DNA of 63,251 bases, the filler included, from Perkinsus chesapeaki ATCC PRA-425 (Eukaryota > Protista > Perkinsozoa): NCBI GenBank assembly GCA_013115145.1. It is 9 parts of 9 records of this genome, joined end to end, with 100 filler letters (N's around TTAATTAATTAA, not from the genome) between each part and the next. Parts side by side here need not be neighbours in the genome. Positions count along the whole stretch, not along the records: positions 31,252 to 43,299 come from JAAPAO010000826.1; positions 43,400 to 46,271 come from JAAPAO010001505.1; positions 46,372 to 49,864 come from JAAPAO010001402.1; 6 more parts are not named here. One strand, 5' to 3'. Positions within the stretch are counted from its first letter, which is position 1, and every line of letters begins with the position of its first letter. Positions 35,629 through 47,484 of this stretch are shown here, in pieces. The translations under genes were made by a program, and so were the position numbers. The notes under the pieces are model-generated. The model was not told the origin of the DNA, did no database searches, and saw only the letters and a program-made list of their open reading frames with translations.

Positions 35629-37799
35629 CTACCGGTCTGTAACGTTCAACGCGGCCAGGAGGACACCTACGGGGCGCTCTGTCCACTCCGCAGGCAGGTC
35701 CAGCTCATTTGCGGAAAATCGGGTAAGGGCGTCGGCCACCACGTTCTCTTCGCCCTTGATCCAACCAACCTCTAGCGCAGAGTGGGCCCGCCCAGACCTC
35801 CCGAGGTAGCAAGCGAGAGCCCGCAACGTCACAGAGAGCGCAGGTTTGCTAGAGTAGCATTTTCGGAGGGCCGCAGCTACGGCCTGGTTATCGGTCAGCA
35901 CACGTAGCGGGGCTGAGCGAGGTGTCAGAGAAACCGCGAGACAGACACCAAGGGCCGCAGCCAACAGCTCCAGGCCCGCAATGTCTCTACAGGTTGGAGA
36001 CCTGCCGGAGATAATGAGGCGCCTGAGGGACCCAGGGAGCCGATCTACCGAAGACCTGAAGAAGTACACCGAAGTCTTGGCGCCACTCGAAACCTTCACA
36101 AAACCGCCGATCGCTGTCACTGACGCGTCGGTCACAGAGACCGAAGAAATGGCGGACAGACTAGGGGAAGGGAATATGGGATAATCAGCAGCCTGAAGAG
36201 CTTCGCGCCAAACCCTGAGGTCGGCATCAAGCCTTCGACCCACGCGAACCCGGAAGGAGCGGGGGTTAACCTCCAGAGCGTGCACCGTTGCGTAGACATG
36301 CCTGAGGTACGGCTTTAACAGAGGCCACGCTTGACCGCACCAAGTAAGTCTACCGCTGACCCGGCGGAGGGTTGACAGCGAGCACTCCGAACCCCGCTGG
36401 AGCTCACTAAGGTCGTCCTCGATTGCCAAGGCCTTATCCGTAGGTACACCAATGTAGCTGGGGACCACCTTGTTGGGGTACAGCGAGATCTCGTAGCCTA
36501 GGGCCTTCGATCGACTACACCAGACCGCAACCTTCTTCCAACTGATCCACAGCCCGAGGCAGGAAGCGAGAAGCAGAGTCCTAGCCACAACTTGGGCGTA
36601 GCAAGCTTTTGGCACCAAGAGCCAAATGTCGTCTACGTAGACGTAGCCCAGGAGAGGATACCGCTGGTGGACGTCGCAGAGTTTAAAGGTCAATCTCGTT
36701 GCAAAACCCGAAATGCGTGACCACAGCGTCGCAGCCGACCGTAGCCCGAAGGGCAGGCACACGTGTTGGGCCCGCAGGAAGGTGCGTCCTGACATAGAGG
36801 GGACCAGGACAGTGAGAAACCGTCTTTCCGAGCCAGAAACCACAATGTGGCGGTAAGCCTTATGATAGTCCATTTGGAACGCCCGGTACACGTCATGACC
36901 GTATGAGCCCGCGTGGCGTAGTATAGCCCTGAGGTCTCTACAGGTAACTCCGTCGTGTCCGGGCACATCGTAGGGGAAATGAAACGGTTAGTACCCGACC
37001 GACGGTAATCTTCGACCAGCCGGTAGTCCCCGGGGGACCCTTTAGGCACCGCCGCCACGCTGACCGGGACAGACTCCTCGAACTCCTTAGAGCCAGGCTC
37101 CAAGTAGACCATTCTACCAGCTTCCACCTCCTCATCCACCGTGCGCCGGATAACCTCGGGTAAGCTTTCGGCGCTCAGGTAGTTCTTAAAAGCCGGGCGA
37201 AGGTCTCCGGGCTCCCGGGACAGCTTGGCACCAGACAAGACGAACGGTGGGAGGTTCCCGGCGGAGGGTATTCTGTTTAGGATACCCACGGGAAAAGGAC
37301 GGTCAATCATTAGAGCCAGAGAAGCATCGTCATCCTCGAACAGTTCGTGCAACTTTTGCCAGAGAGGACCCCTGAAGGAAGCTCCTCCTATACTCGGCCG
37401 ATCCACACAGCCAAGAGCCTCGCACAGGCGAGAGCGCAAAGCCTTTGCCGCTTCGCCGAAGGCCTTCTCGAGGACCGGGATGACTACATCGGGGAGGGGG
37501 CCAGCGGGACACTTCTCGATAAGGTTCTCCAGGCCAAAGTGCTCGGCGACATCTTGGAAAGCCTTCGCGACCACCTTCTGCTTGTGGTTCAAGGCCGGAA
37601 ACCGACTGCCCGGAGTAGGAAAATTCAACCCCGCACCGCTCTTGAAACGCCTTTCCTGGTCAAGAAAGCGCTCAGAAGGCAGATTCCCCAAGCCGTCCGT
37701 ATGAGTTCGGCATGTATGCGGGCTAGGAGCAGAGGACATGTCAAAGGTTCCGAGAGAAAAGGACCACGCAGAGCTGCATTGCGCAACAAGCACACGCAC
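35629..37799 (-). pseudogene. RT-RNase H of the Ngaro-like element, one frameshift near 36945
   Basis: VPK..YRLVEDYRRSGTN, MDYHKAYRH, LPFGLRSA, YVDD, TDAS, IAGLELLA, TDNQ, ENVVADALTR. Confidence 0.9.
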
Positions 37800-38021
37800 G
37801 CTCCAGCCGATGCCTTCAGTGAGATCTCTGTAGCCTCCCGGCTGATGACATCAGCCTGGTGTACAAGCCAACACGGAGGCACACCAGAGTCAACAATCGT
37901 GACACCAACGCAGAACAAGAATCTTACAGAAACTCGTATATCACACTATCGGGAAAACACTGACCCACGGCTGAGAACCGGACATGGAGGAGTCACAACA
38001 CCGGACTCTGGAAGGAGCACA

Positions 38022-39102
38022 TCAAAGGGTGTCACCCTTGTCGGCATGATCAGCCTTATGACCTCCTTTATGCGGTTTGTCACCACCGCTGCGCGAAGCT
38101 CTGCCACCTTGCGATTGGTTGTCAGACCTCTTACCGGAACGTCTTCTCTTCGAAGGGCCAGAGCCAGCCTGCGACTGCTCGGCGTCTCTCTTTTTCTGAG
38201 AACATACATAGGTCGAAGGGCAAGCCGCGAGGGCCGTCAGAACGGTACCGGCCGTCAATTCGGGCAAGCGGAAGAAGTCACCGAGAGAGCCAGCGCCGAG
38301 GAACCTCGACGCCTCAATCTTCTTCCTCACAGCAACATCAACCACCTCCGCCACCTTCCAATTGAACTGGATAGTGAGGTGGAGGACCCTTGACATGTAG
38401 GCGTAGATGTCGGGGAGCTTGACGTCACCTTCTTGAGACTCGCCACCGTTAGCATGGTCCTGTACAATAAGGACAGCCCAACCGTACATCTGGAACGCCA
38501 GACACCAGCGGGAGCCCCATTGACGGAAGGAAGTCTGCTCATCGGATTTGTCCCGTACCAACACCGGGGTCCCGTCAGTGCCTTCGGCTAGGACCGACTT
38601 AGAGCCTCTGTTGCACAGGGAGGAGTCACCAAAGAACTGCGTCAAGTTAACGTAGCGCCACGGCGTGCCGCCGAACGCAGCTAGCATGCGCTCGCATGGC
38701 ATAGTCTCGGAGGGGATGGGGCCTGTCGCCTCAGACACCCTCTTGACACTAGCGGAGTAGTCCACACTCGCTTGCTGGCGTTGAGCCCTAGGGGCCGAAC
38801 GAGGAGACTCCGAAGGAACCGGGACGGAGTTGGCCTCCGCGTGCCGGAGTTGCGCCGCACATTCGGCTCTGACGGCCTGAACGTGGGTCTCGAGCAAACC
38901 CTCGGGCAGCTCGGAGAAAGACGGATCGTCATCAACCGATTGGCAGAAAGAGGTGATGGCGCCGTCGGTGAGGCACGACAATCCCCTCAGGGAAGCAACG
39001 CCGAACTCGGACAGCGACTGGTGTAACGCCTCCGCCACCTGCTGATCGGAGATGGCCTCGATGAAGACCTGTAGGATGACGTCAGGTTGAGGGGCGGACA
39101 TT
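38022..39102 (-). CDS. gag: ORF1 (gag-like) of the Ngaro-like element
   Basis: Long ORF upstream of RT; W..AFQMYG...YAYMSRVLHL..QFNWKVAEVVD.AVR pattern typical of DIRS/Ngaro ORF1; basic C-terminus. Confidence 0.7.
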
Positions 39103-39498
39103 GATGTGGAGGCCGCGAGATGCAAAAAAAAAGAAGAAGAAAGGCAGGATCACTCCAGCGCGAGGCCTGCGACAGCGAGCGACATCCACACCGTGAATCC
39201 TAGACACTGACGCTGGCATTGAAACACTAACGCTGGTGTTTCAAGGAGGCCGCCCGCCTAACCAGGTACAGTTGTTCAAACACACTATGCACACCCTGCC
39301 CGGAGCTATCCTGTCGCCGAAACTGCCGGGCGATACTCCGGCCACGGGGGAATCTTCACAGTGCGCAGGTTGTGCAGCCCGGTGTACGGCGAGGCTCACG
39401 CAGGTCACTCCCACCGCTGTTTTACACACGTCGAATCCTACGGATTTAACTCAGAAGAATACTCTCTCTTGGTGACTTCAGCCCCCCGCTCAACCTAG

Positions 39499-40064
39499 GA
39501 GACGTCCACGAAGTCGAGCTAATAGACCACCCCTCTGGTTGGAGCGAGGCTAAGGCTTGGCCTATAGCCGCTGGGGCCAGTGCTTATCTCACGACTAAGT
39601 CTCAGAGCTCTACTCTCATACCCCAGAAGAGCCAGATTGAGATTATCGCTTGCTTGGGTGGGTACGATCTCATCTCCGGTCCGGAAGCCGCTATCGAAGA
39701 GCTGATCGCCAGACTTGACCCCAATAAGAAGTTCATCTCAAAAGTGGAGGTCGATAATGCTAAACATGGTTGTTCTATCAAGTCTAAGAACGTGACGGAC
39801 CTTCCTGATGTACAATTCGAAGCGAATGTGGCTGAGGGAGACTCTCGTACGGAGGAGATCATCTTGAAAGCAGAGGACTGTACTCAGTATTCTACAACTC
39901 AGTGCAATGTTGCTAGAATACTATTCGGAGCTCTTCTGGTACCTCAAGGCAGTTGTATTGTCGCCAGCAGTAATTATTGGATTATGGGCAAGCCATACTT
40001 CCGTACTTACTATACTGAGTTTGATTATCGTAATAAGAAGATATGCTTCCGTGCGCGTTTTTGA
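39499..40064 (+). pseudogene. C-terminal lobe of a pepsin-like aspartic protease, catalytic Asp missing; 5' part not found
   Basis: GDVHEVEL..W, IIACLGGYDLISGP (aligns with AIVDTGTSLITGP), WIMGKPYFRTYYTEFDYRNKKICF. Confidence 0.7.
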
Positions 40065-40074
40065 GGACATCTGC

Positions 40075-40096
40075 CATTATTGAATAATGATTATTC
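40075..40096. other. 22-bp excision scar, X=CATTATTC
   Basis: CATTATT GAATAATG ATTATTC. Confidence 0.8.
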
Positions 40097-40220
40097 ATTG
40101 GACCACACCTCTTCATTCGATCTCCCTCAGCTTACGAGATTAATTTTGTATCACTTATCGCAGCCCTCATTGGTATCTAGATATTTCTAGAGGAAATAGG
40201 CGCCTCCTTCGAGAGCAGTA

Positions 40221-40242
40221 GCCTGAGGCTCAGGCCCTGAGC
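40221..40242. other. 22-bp excision scar, X=GCCTGAGC
   Basis: GCCTGAG GCTCAGGC CCTGAGC. Confidence 0.85.
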
Positions 40243-41072
40243 TCTATCTCGTTCGAATATCTCGGTGAAATTCAAGTGTAAACTTATCAAATAGCACCAT
40301 CTCGATCCAATATGCTTGCCACTATTTCCTCTCAATTATATGATTTCGAGTTTATGTTAACCCTTATCCCGGACGACAGTTATTGCAAATGTCTCGTAGT
40401 GAGACGCAAACTTCTACGTATAATACCAACTAACATCAATGTAGTACTCTCGTGATCCGAACAGGGCGGTTATTTTCTTTTTTCATAGCATACTGTTGTG
40501 TCCCTTCGTTATCCAAGAGGTTGGTGACGAAGTAAAACGCGGTGTACTCTTTATTACTTGTCATAAACATCTCCTTAGCCAGGGTCTCCGAGAAGACCAA
40601 ATTGTTCTCCCCTCTACCATTTCCAACAGAAAGGAAGGTACGCCACTTTTGTAGGCCGTTGGAATCGATTCGGAAATGCAAGCAAGTGGTCTACAATTGC
40701 ACGAGTACGTCGTACTACGAGGCTCGTAGGCAAAAAGTTTCGACGCTTTGTTAGATTTCTTAACTTGTTCGTTAGATCAGAGTTTCTCATAAAGTGTTAA
40801 CCGGAAACTGGTCAGGTCCAAGCATTCACTTCTAATCCAAGCAACTTGTGCTAACCCAAGCACCTGCGTTAATCCAAGCACAGCAGTGCAGAGTGCTTGG
40901 GTCAACCATGTTATTGCTTGGTTCATGGTAAAAGCCAAGTTGGTAGGAGATGTACTCTTCTCCTTTATATGTAGAATGTGTACAGAATTACTCCTTGCTA
41001 GTAACGGCGTTACTGTAACGCAATGCACTTAGTATTATGCTAGAAACAATCGTGAATCTTGGTTCTTTATAA

Positions 41073-42249
41073 GTGTACGAGCCATCGGGTGTACGAGTTC
41101 GAGGAGTACGAAATCGAACTGAACCAAATCTTGTACGACACTCATATGAACGAAATTTTTGTGCACTACTTGGCCCTGAACCTGTTTTTGGTGTATCACA
41201 TTTTGTCGGCAGAGATTTGAGTGTACGGGAATCTGGTGTACCAGTTAAAGGTCAAAAATTCCGTGTACGAGTTTCATGTGTACGTAATGTATGTGTACCA
41301 ATTATTATACACCCCTTTCCTTAGGTGCTGGATTTCGTCGCTTCCTCGCCAAGACGCGGTGATGCCGACGTACATTATTTATAATTTTTCGAGAGTACGG
41401 AATGAAAGTGTACGAGATTTGCTTGTGTGAAAAAAGTGTATGGTTAACGGAATGAGTATGCGAGTGTAGTGTTTGTGAAATCCTGAGAGAACAAGCGGGG
41501 AGACAATTGACTTGAACGTAATCAACACAACAAACGAGGGTCTCGCTGAGATTGTGTCAGCTAAAGAATGAGGTTATGGCACACTCTACGATAACCTAGA
41601 GCAATTGCTTTCCAAAGCGGCCTGCTCGCACGGCTCATACCGAGCTGAACGAGCAACGCCGGGAATATGTCGTAGGGTTTCGACATGGAGACGGTAAATT
41701 TTTTTATAATTATTCCTGAGTATGGCGATGCTCTTGATAGTAACTGGGTACCATACCAAAGTGCAGGCCGATTCGAAAGACGCGAATCGATTAATATCCC
41801 CTGAAACTCAGACTTGCCATATAGTGGTATTATATCTGTATATCTATAAGTAACTATCAAGTGCATGGTAACCGAAGCCCGACCCGATTACATGATGTAA
41901 TCTACATCAAGATTATCCGGCGGGATAATAATCGGTTTTCGAGCTTCAGGTTACTCCTGCAAACCCCGTATTCGATGGGATTTTATATTTGGGATTTTGG
42001 CGTATGAAATTGAGGTGAACGGAATGAAAGTTTTAGTGAGCTTTTAGTGTACTAAATGCAAGTGTACCGAGCTTATGGATACGAGATAATAGTGAACGTA
42101 CTTTTGGTAGTCGAACTGCCGATGATCTGAATAGGAGCGAACGAGCTGACTGTGTACGTGTTTGAAGCAATCGAGTTGAGTATGAACGTGATTTATGGAG
42201 ATTTAACACTAAGTGTACGTGTTTTATGTGTGCCAATCGTTAACATCCC
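41073..42249. mobile_element. Cluster of GTGTAC-rich terminal-repeat fragments of a DNA transposon (MULE-like)
   Basis: 41168-41312 is about 93% identical to the reverse complement of 46142-46271; 42210-42249 is a diverged copy of the same terminus. Confidence 0.55.
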
Positions 42250-42325
42250 AAGGAAAGTGCAGTTCCTGCCGGATCGTATACTACCAGGCACTGATTACTG
42301 CAGCATGTAATGAGTGCAGCATTAA

Positions 42326-42700
42326 TCAGTCTTTGCTTGCCTGTTGTTGAGTGATGCGGCCAACATAATCTGGGAAGGCATCCTCGAGATTGGTGAAAAT
42401 GTCGCTCGCTGTGAGGTTCTGCCTTGCCGCTTGATCGATCATGAAGGCGTAGATCTCTTGTGGGTGCCTGGTGCGCTCACGCTCTCGATCAACATAGACG
42501 TGGTGGCCTAAGACGCGGTTCACATCACGCCGAGCGAAACCGCACTTTATGTGGACTCACCATCATGGAGCATGATGCTCCAAAACCTGCACCCACTCAT
42601 ATTTTTTGTTGCAATTGAAATGGTCAGAGCACACATAAACCACGTAGTTGGATCGCTTGTATTGCTGGCTCACTGTGAGCCGCTCACACTATGTCCCAAC
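42326..42700 (-). pseudogene. Possible MULE/FAR1-type transposase N-terminal fragment
   Basis: VYVCSDHFNC...GHH and ..DQAARQNLTASDIFTNL segments resemble a WRKY/FAR1-like zinc finger; contains stops. Confidence 0.35.
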
Positions 42701-42875
42701 TAACGAGACGTTTCAATACTTCCTTGAAGTCATCGGAGTCTGGTCCAGTTTAGCAATGAGGTTTCAGGTTGCACCGTTCATGTGAATTTCATAGGCTCGC
42801 TCGCTTCGCTCGCGAGCTCTTTTACCATTCTTGTGTATTCTTAGCCCTTACGGTATGTTTGTAATATACTTAGTG

Positions 42876-42897
42876 CTTGGACAGTCCAAGTTGGACT
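42876..42897. other. 22-bp excision scar, X=CTTGGACT
   Basis: CTTGGAC AGTCCAAG TTGGACT. Confidence 0.85.
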
Positions 42898-43835
42898 AAC
42901 AGCTTTTGCTTTGCTAGTGACTATTTTTCGTTTTTGCTAGTGATATACTTTTTCGCTTGGGTTTGACCATCCACACCAGTATGTCTACGACATTATAGTA
43001 CGGCACTATAGTGCATTTAATGATTGTCCATATTGGAGCTGGCTGTGACATCGGTGTTTCTCTTGCAAGCCTGGTCTTGCAAGGCAGCGAGTCGGTGCAC
43101 AGTTGTACGAAAATATTCACTTGAGAATGCTGTACCTTTGAAGTTCTATTGTCACTAACGTTAGAAATTCAGAAACACTGCAAAAGATAAGAAACAGATC
43201 ATGAGGACCATATGTCACCAACAGTGAAACCACCACTGAGTGGGTCAGACGGGTCAACCACTAAAGTATTATAGCCCGTGATCCAAGCTTGACCAGTTAN
43301 NNNNNNNNNNNNNNNNNNNNNNNNNNNNNNNNNNNNNNNNNNNTTAATTAATTAANNNNNNNNNNNNNNNNNNNNNNNNNNNNNNNNNNNNNNNNNNNNC
43401 CGCACCCAAATATCCGGATGCGCGCGCTCTTATATCCGACCGATTCGTGCATCTCAATTATCCGACCATCATTCAAATATCCGATACACCATTTTCAAAT
43501 ATCCGTGGGCGCGCGCAATTGGAAGAGAATCTTATGACCGGAATTCAATCATCCGATTCACGTATCAATTATCCGAGCAAAATAACTTGTGTTACACAAG
43601 ACTAGGTTTTCCTGAGAAACTTATCAGAGCAGCATGCTCCATGACTGCATCAGTCACAGTTTACATAGCAAAAGACTTGAGAACCTGGCTTTATTTCCCG
43701 ACTTCGAGTATATACGGAATTAACAAAACTCAAATCAAAAGTCACATATAAGTTAGCGAGAAATTAGACGGTAAGATGTTGTGATAATACTAATAATCCT
43801 CCATTAGCTCACACATCTTATAATACACATCTATT

Positions 43836-45960
43836 TCATCTGCCCCAGGGACTGTTGCGAAGAACTTCACGTGCATAAATAACAGAACTGCGGGATACGA
43901 GATCTGCTACAGTATTGGCCAATCCGTTTACATGCATAGCTTTGGCTGATTCAGTAGTGGTGTCTGGGCGAAGTACCATAAACCTTCTTATCAGGGCGGC
44001 CATCGGTTGAGCCTTCGCACGATGGTGACAGACTGCCTGCACAGCTGCATTAATATCCGACATTACAAGACAAGAAGCAAAAGCCGGGAATGACAATATA
44101 GCAAGGAGGCAAGCGAGTAACTCTAGGAAGGAAACATGTGAAGATTCCATCTTTGTTGTAGAGTGACTCTACAACATCCCCCTATCCCCCTGAAGACTCT
44201 ACTAGAGTCTTCAAAGCCCGGGATAAAAGCAGCCATCACCGCACGCGCAGCGGGACTACCGAGTACTACATGATACCACGATATAGTTGAATCTCTCAAG
44301 TTACGCCACCAAGCGCTACAGTAGATGCATCGCACATGATAATAGCTCTCCTGCACCTCGTACTGGGTACCAGGCTATTGAAAGGCGATGCACATAATGA
44401 CTCAAAAAGCCAACCAATATATACTGCCGCCTGCTCGAGTGCCTTTCCGATCCATATTTGTTTAAGGTTCTTCTTTCTGGCAGCCTTGATTGTGCTCAAG
44501 AACGGGCGTAGATGACAACGCTGGCGGCAAAAAGATTCTAACCAGAGCAACGGGGAACCATCACCACGTGCCTGGGCCTCCAATAGACAATGTTGTGCCG
44601 TTCGGGCTACAGATCTTGTAGTAGGTAGCACCAAGGTTTGTGAGAGATGTGGATCAATAACACTATTCGTACCACTCCGACGAAAATCATCGACCAATCT
44701 CACTCTCTTCAACCTACCAGCGTCATCATACGTTGGAATACAAGCTAGGCGATTGACCGCCTGTATGCGGTGCACCTCATTAGAGCCAATCATTTGCATC
44801 CTGCCCAAGGGCACTTAGCGTGTCAGCGCAGACTTAAGTAGCAAAGTCTTCAGCTGAAGTATAGTTTGTCCATACCTCACGCGTGATGGGGCACCATGAA
44901 TGCTTCGAAGATTCGGATCTATCCTTCCAGCACTTTGTTGGCGGAACATCACAAGTAGTCCCCAACGGTATACCCGAATCCACCAGATCCGCAAAGGGGT
45001 AAAACAAAGGTTGATCCGTTTCTTCTTGCATAGCTTGCAATACTGCTTTCATAAGGAGGGCTCGAATATCCCCACCAACTAAATAACTAAGCCACACAAG
45101 TTTCATAACCGACGCACACCGTAAAGTCAAGCCATTCATCACATTACTTCTTATTATCTTTAGCTGCTCTCGATGCTTGGTTCTTGGCCGAATCAGGCTT
45201 GCTATGCATGAATTTACAGTTGTCGCCTCTCCGACATTTCCCAGCCAGAAAATCATAACATAGGCCCTTGCTAAAGCGACGCTTGTTCTTCGAAGCACCA
45301 GCCTTGTACGCGTTATCAGATCTATCGCGTTTACCAGCGACTTCCGGAGGAGAGGAGCTGAGCACCTTATCCTTGGCGGCGAGACGCAATCCAGCTTAAT
45401 CTGACCGAACTTGATAGAGTCATCAAAAAGTTTCCTGAGAGACATAGTGGCCTCTAGATAAGCGTGGCTCACGAACTTACGGAACCGCACATCAACCTCT
45501 TGGGCCAACTACCAGCTATAGAGAGAGGCCGTATCCGCCATTCTGCAGCCATATACTTGCAACATGGAAAGGTCAACGTCCTTGGGGGCAGCATTCTCCC
45601 TTGGATCTACCGTAGCTAGCTGAAGTGCCACCGAATAGCGTTGAAACATCCAAGATGCGCCACCCATAGTTGAGCACTTAGGATTCGTGACCCGTTCATT
45701 GTTGAGACTAACACGTTAAGGAACATCATTAACCACGATATCCACATTCACCGAACGGGGAAACTCAATGTAAGTCCCCGCAATGAGATTCTTCCAAACA
45801 TCAACCGGAGGAACCAGATCCGGTCCTAGTTCCGGCATACCATAAACCGTAGCCACCTTGCTTTGAAGCGCCGCAATACTATCAGCGGTCAAAGAACCTC
45901 AACTATCTTCTCAATAAGGCCGTCGCGATCACAATGATATTGAACTAGTTCGTAAGCACT
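43836..45960 (-). mobile_element. Second, decayed Ngaro-like retroelement: ORF1 with CCCH finger, RT with core deleted, RNase H
   Basis: CYDFLAGKCRRGDNCKFMH; RLVDDFRRSGTN; MCDAS..GG; SFLELLA; NTVADLVSR; several stops and frameshifts; no YR seen. Confidence 0.8.
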
Positions 45961-46141
45961 CGCTGACAGAGGCATAAAATTAAAGCGATTATTAACTCAA
46001 CTGAAACGAACCAAATCCCTTCCTTCCAGGCTTTGATTGAACAACTCAAACCAAAGGACAAGTAGAAACCGCGCACGCCCAAAACACACCAGATCTCTGT
46101 GCAAGCTTTTTCACACTCCGTTCCTGAAAGGGAACTCCACA

Positions 46142-46271
46142 GTGTATAACGATTGGTACACATGAAGCTCGTACACGGAATTCTTGACTTTTGACTGATA
46201 CACCAAATTCCCGTACACTCAAATCTCTGTCGACAAAATGTGATACACCAAAAATAGGTTCAGGGCCAAGT
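46142..46271. repeat. Terminal-repeat copy inverted relative to 41168-41312
   Basis: Direct alignment shows 8 transitions in about 116 nt and one 15-nt indel. Confidence 0.85.
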
Positions 46272-46371
46272 NNNNNNNNNNNNNNNNNNNNNNNNNNNNN
46301 NNNNNNNNNNNNNNNTTAATTAATTAANNNNNNNNNNNNNNNNNNNNNNNNNNNNNNNNNNNNNNNNNNNN

Positions 46372-46734
46372 TGACTGATGAAGGGTAGTATCATATATCT
46401 TACCAAGATCCCCTGACGGCCTGCTGTTAGCAGCAGCAGAACGCATATCATTATAGGCCGTTTTCGTCTCCGCGTTCGGGGCCCCACATGTGTGTGGTGT
46501 AGAATGACCTGCATTGATCATGCGTAGCTGCTCAGCGGGCCCATCAACATCACCGGATACCACCAACGTCGCGGAGCACCTAGGCTTCTTGTGAGCGTTC
46601 GCACAAGCCCAGTAACTCCGTCTCTTCTCGATGTTTTGTCCTTTCATACGGTAAAGGTAACCTTTGTACGCAAGCAGGGGCTTTTTACCGAATGAAGAAA
46701 CCCATTTTAACTGTTGGGTGTTAGCGTTAGACAT
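46372..46734 (-). CDS. FLYWCH zinc-finger ORF, probably a MULE transposase N-terminus (truncated by gap)
   Basis: LAYKGYLYR......YWAC......CSA...........H..PH. Confidence 0.7.
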
Positions 46735-47462
46735 ATTTTGGAGCTCAAACCAATAAATCGTTTCAAACTAGATAACTACGTATATGAAGTCAAATACGAG
46801 TCCACTCCTGCAGTGCACGAGCAGGCAACTGCCAGTTGCTGTAATCAGGACCTGCACCTAGATTACAGCAACTGGCAGTTGCCATAATCTACTAGCAATT
46901 GGCAACTACACGGTAAGTTTGACAGACTTAGTCTCTCGCGCTAGCAATTCCCAAGAGTATTCGCGAGTCTACTTCCTTCAAGTTTCGCTAGAGATTTGTG
47001 TGACGTAAAGGATCGGAGTAGACACATTGTCTCACGAACCTACTCGCGTTATACGATGGTAGTATGATATGGTGACCGTGTAGGGTGTATGGCTTAACAT
47101 TAGTCAGTTATTAATTGACACTTGAAAAACGCGACTCGTTCAACAGCTCCAAGACAAAAACGGAGATTTGCGATGAAGACATACCTTAAACTAATTGACA
47201 CCGCTATAGTGTAGCGGCTGTACATGTGTGGTTGTAGTTGTAGCGCTGCCTGGGCTGATAGACCTATTCAGATAGATCTGAATAACAACAAATGGGTATC
47301 AAGAATGCACTTCACGCCGTGGCATAGAATTACGGCCATCGGCCTTGGCTCTAGGAGCTCCAGAAAGCTGAAGTTGTTAGTGTAGTTGTGATTCTAATTG
47401 TGGTTCAAGACTTCAACTTTCAACTTCAACTCGAAGTTGTGGAAATCGGAGATAAAATGTAA

Positions 47463-47484
47463 AGCGGGACTCCCGCTGCGGGAG
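47463..47484. other. 22-bp excision scar, X=AGCGGGAG
   Basis: AGCGGGA CTCCCGCT GCGGGAG. Confidence 0.85.

Larger units (their letters stand above)
31252..39390 (-). mobile_element. Ngaro/DIRS-superfamily tyrosine-recombinase retrotransposon, interrupted by a hAT; ends uncertain
   Basis: Order is gag-like ORF1, RT-RNase H, tyrosine recombinase; no DDE integrase or LTRs; GC-rich; 3' end runs into a gap. Confidence 0.85.

Noticed and set aside
38025-38039. AAGGGTG-t-CACCCTT at the ORF1 stop of Ngaro element 1 as a frameshift signal or scar
   Set aside because: CCCTTTG is not in X XXY YYZ phase, and the second half of the scar pattern is absent
37347-38393. 348-aa plus-strand ORF and other long antisense ORFs over the Ngaro and hAT regions
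   Set aside because: Shadows of GC-rich coding sequence on the opposite strand, with no recognisable motifs
39130-39390. Split direct repeats or ICR for the YR retroelement
   Set aside because: No match found between this region and 31252-32017; the 3' end is probably in the gap
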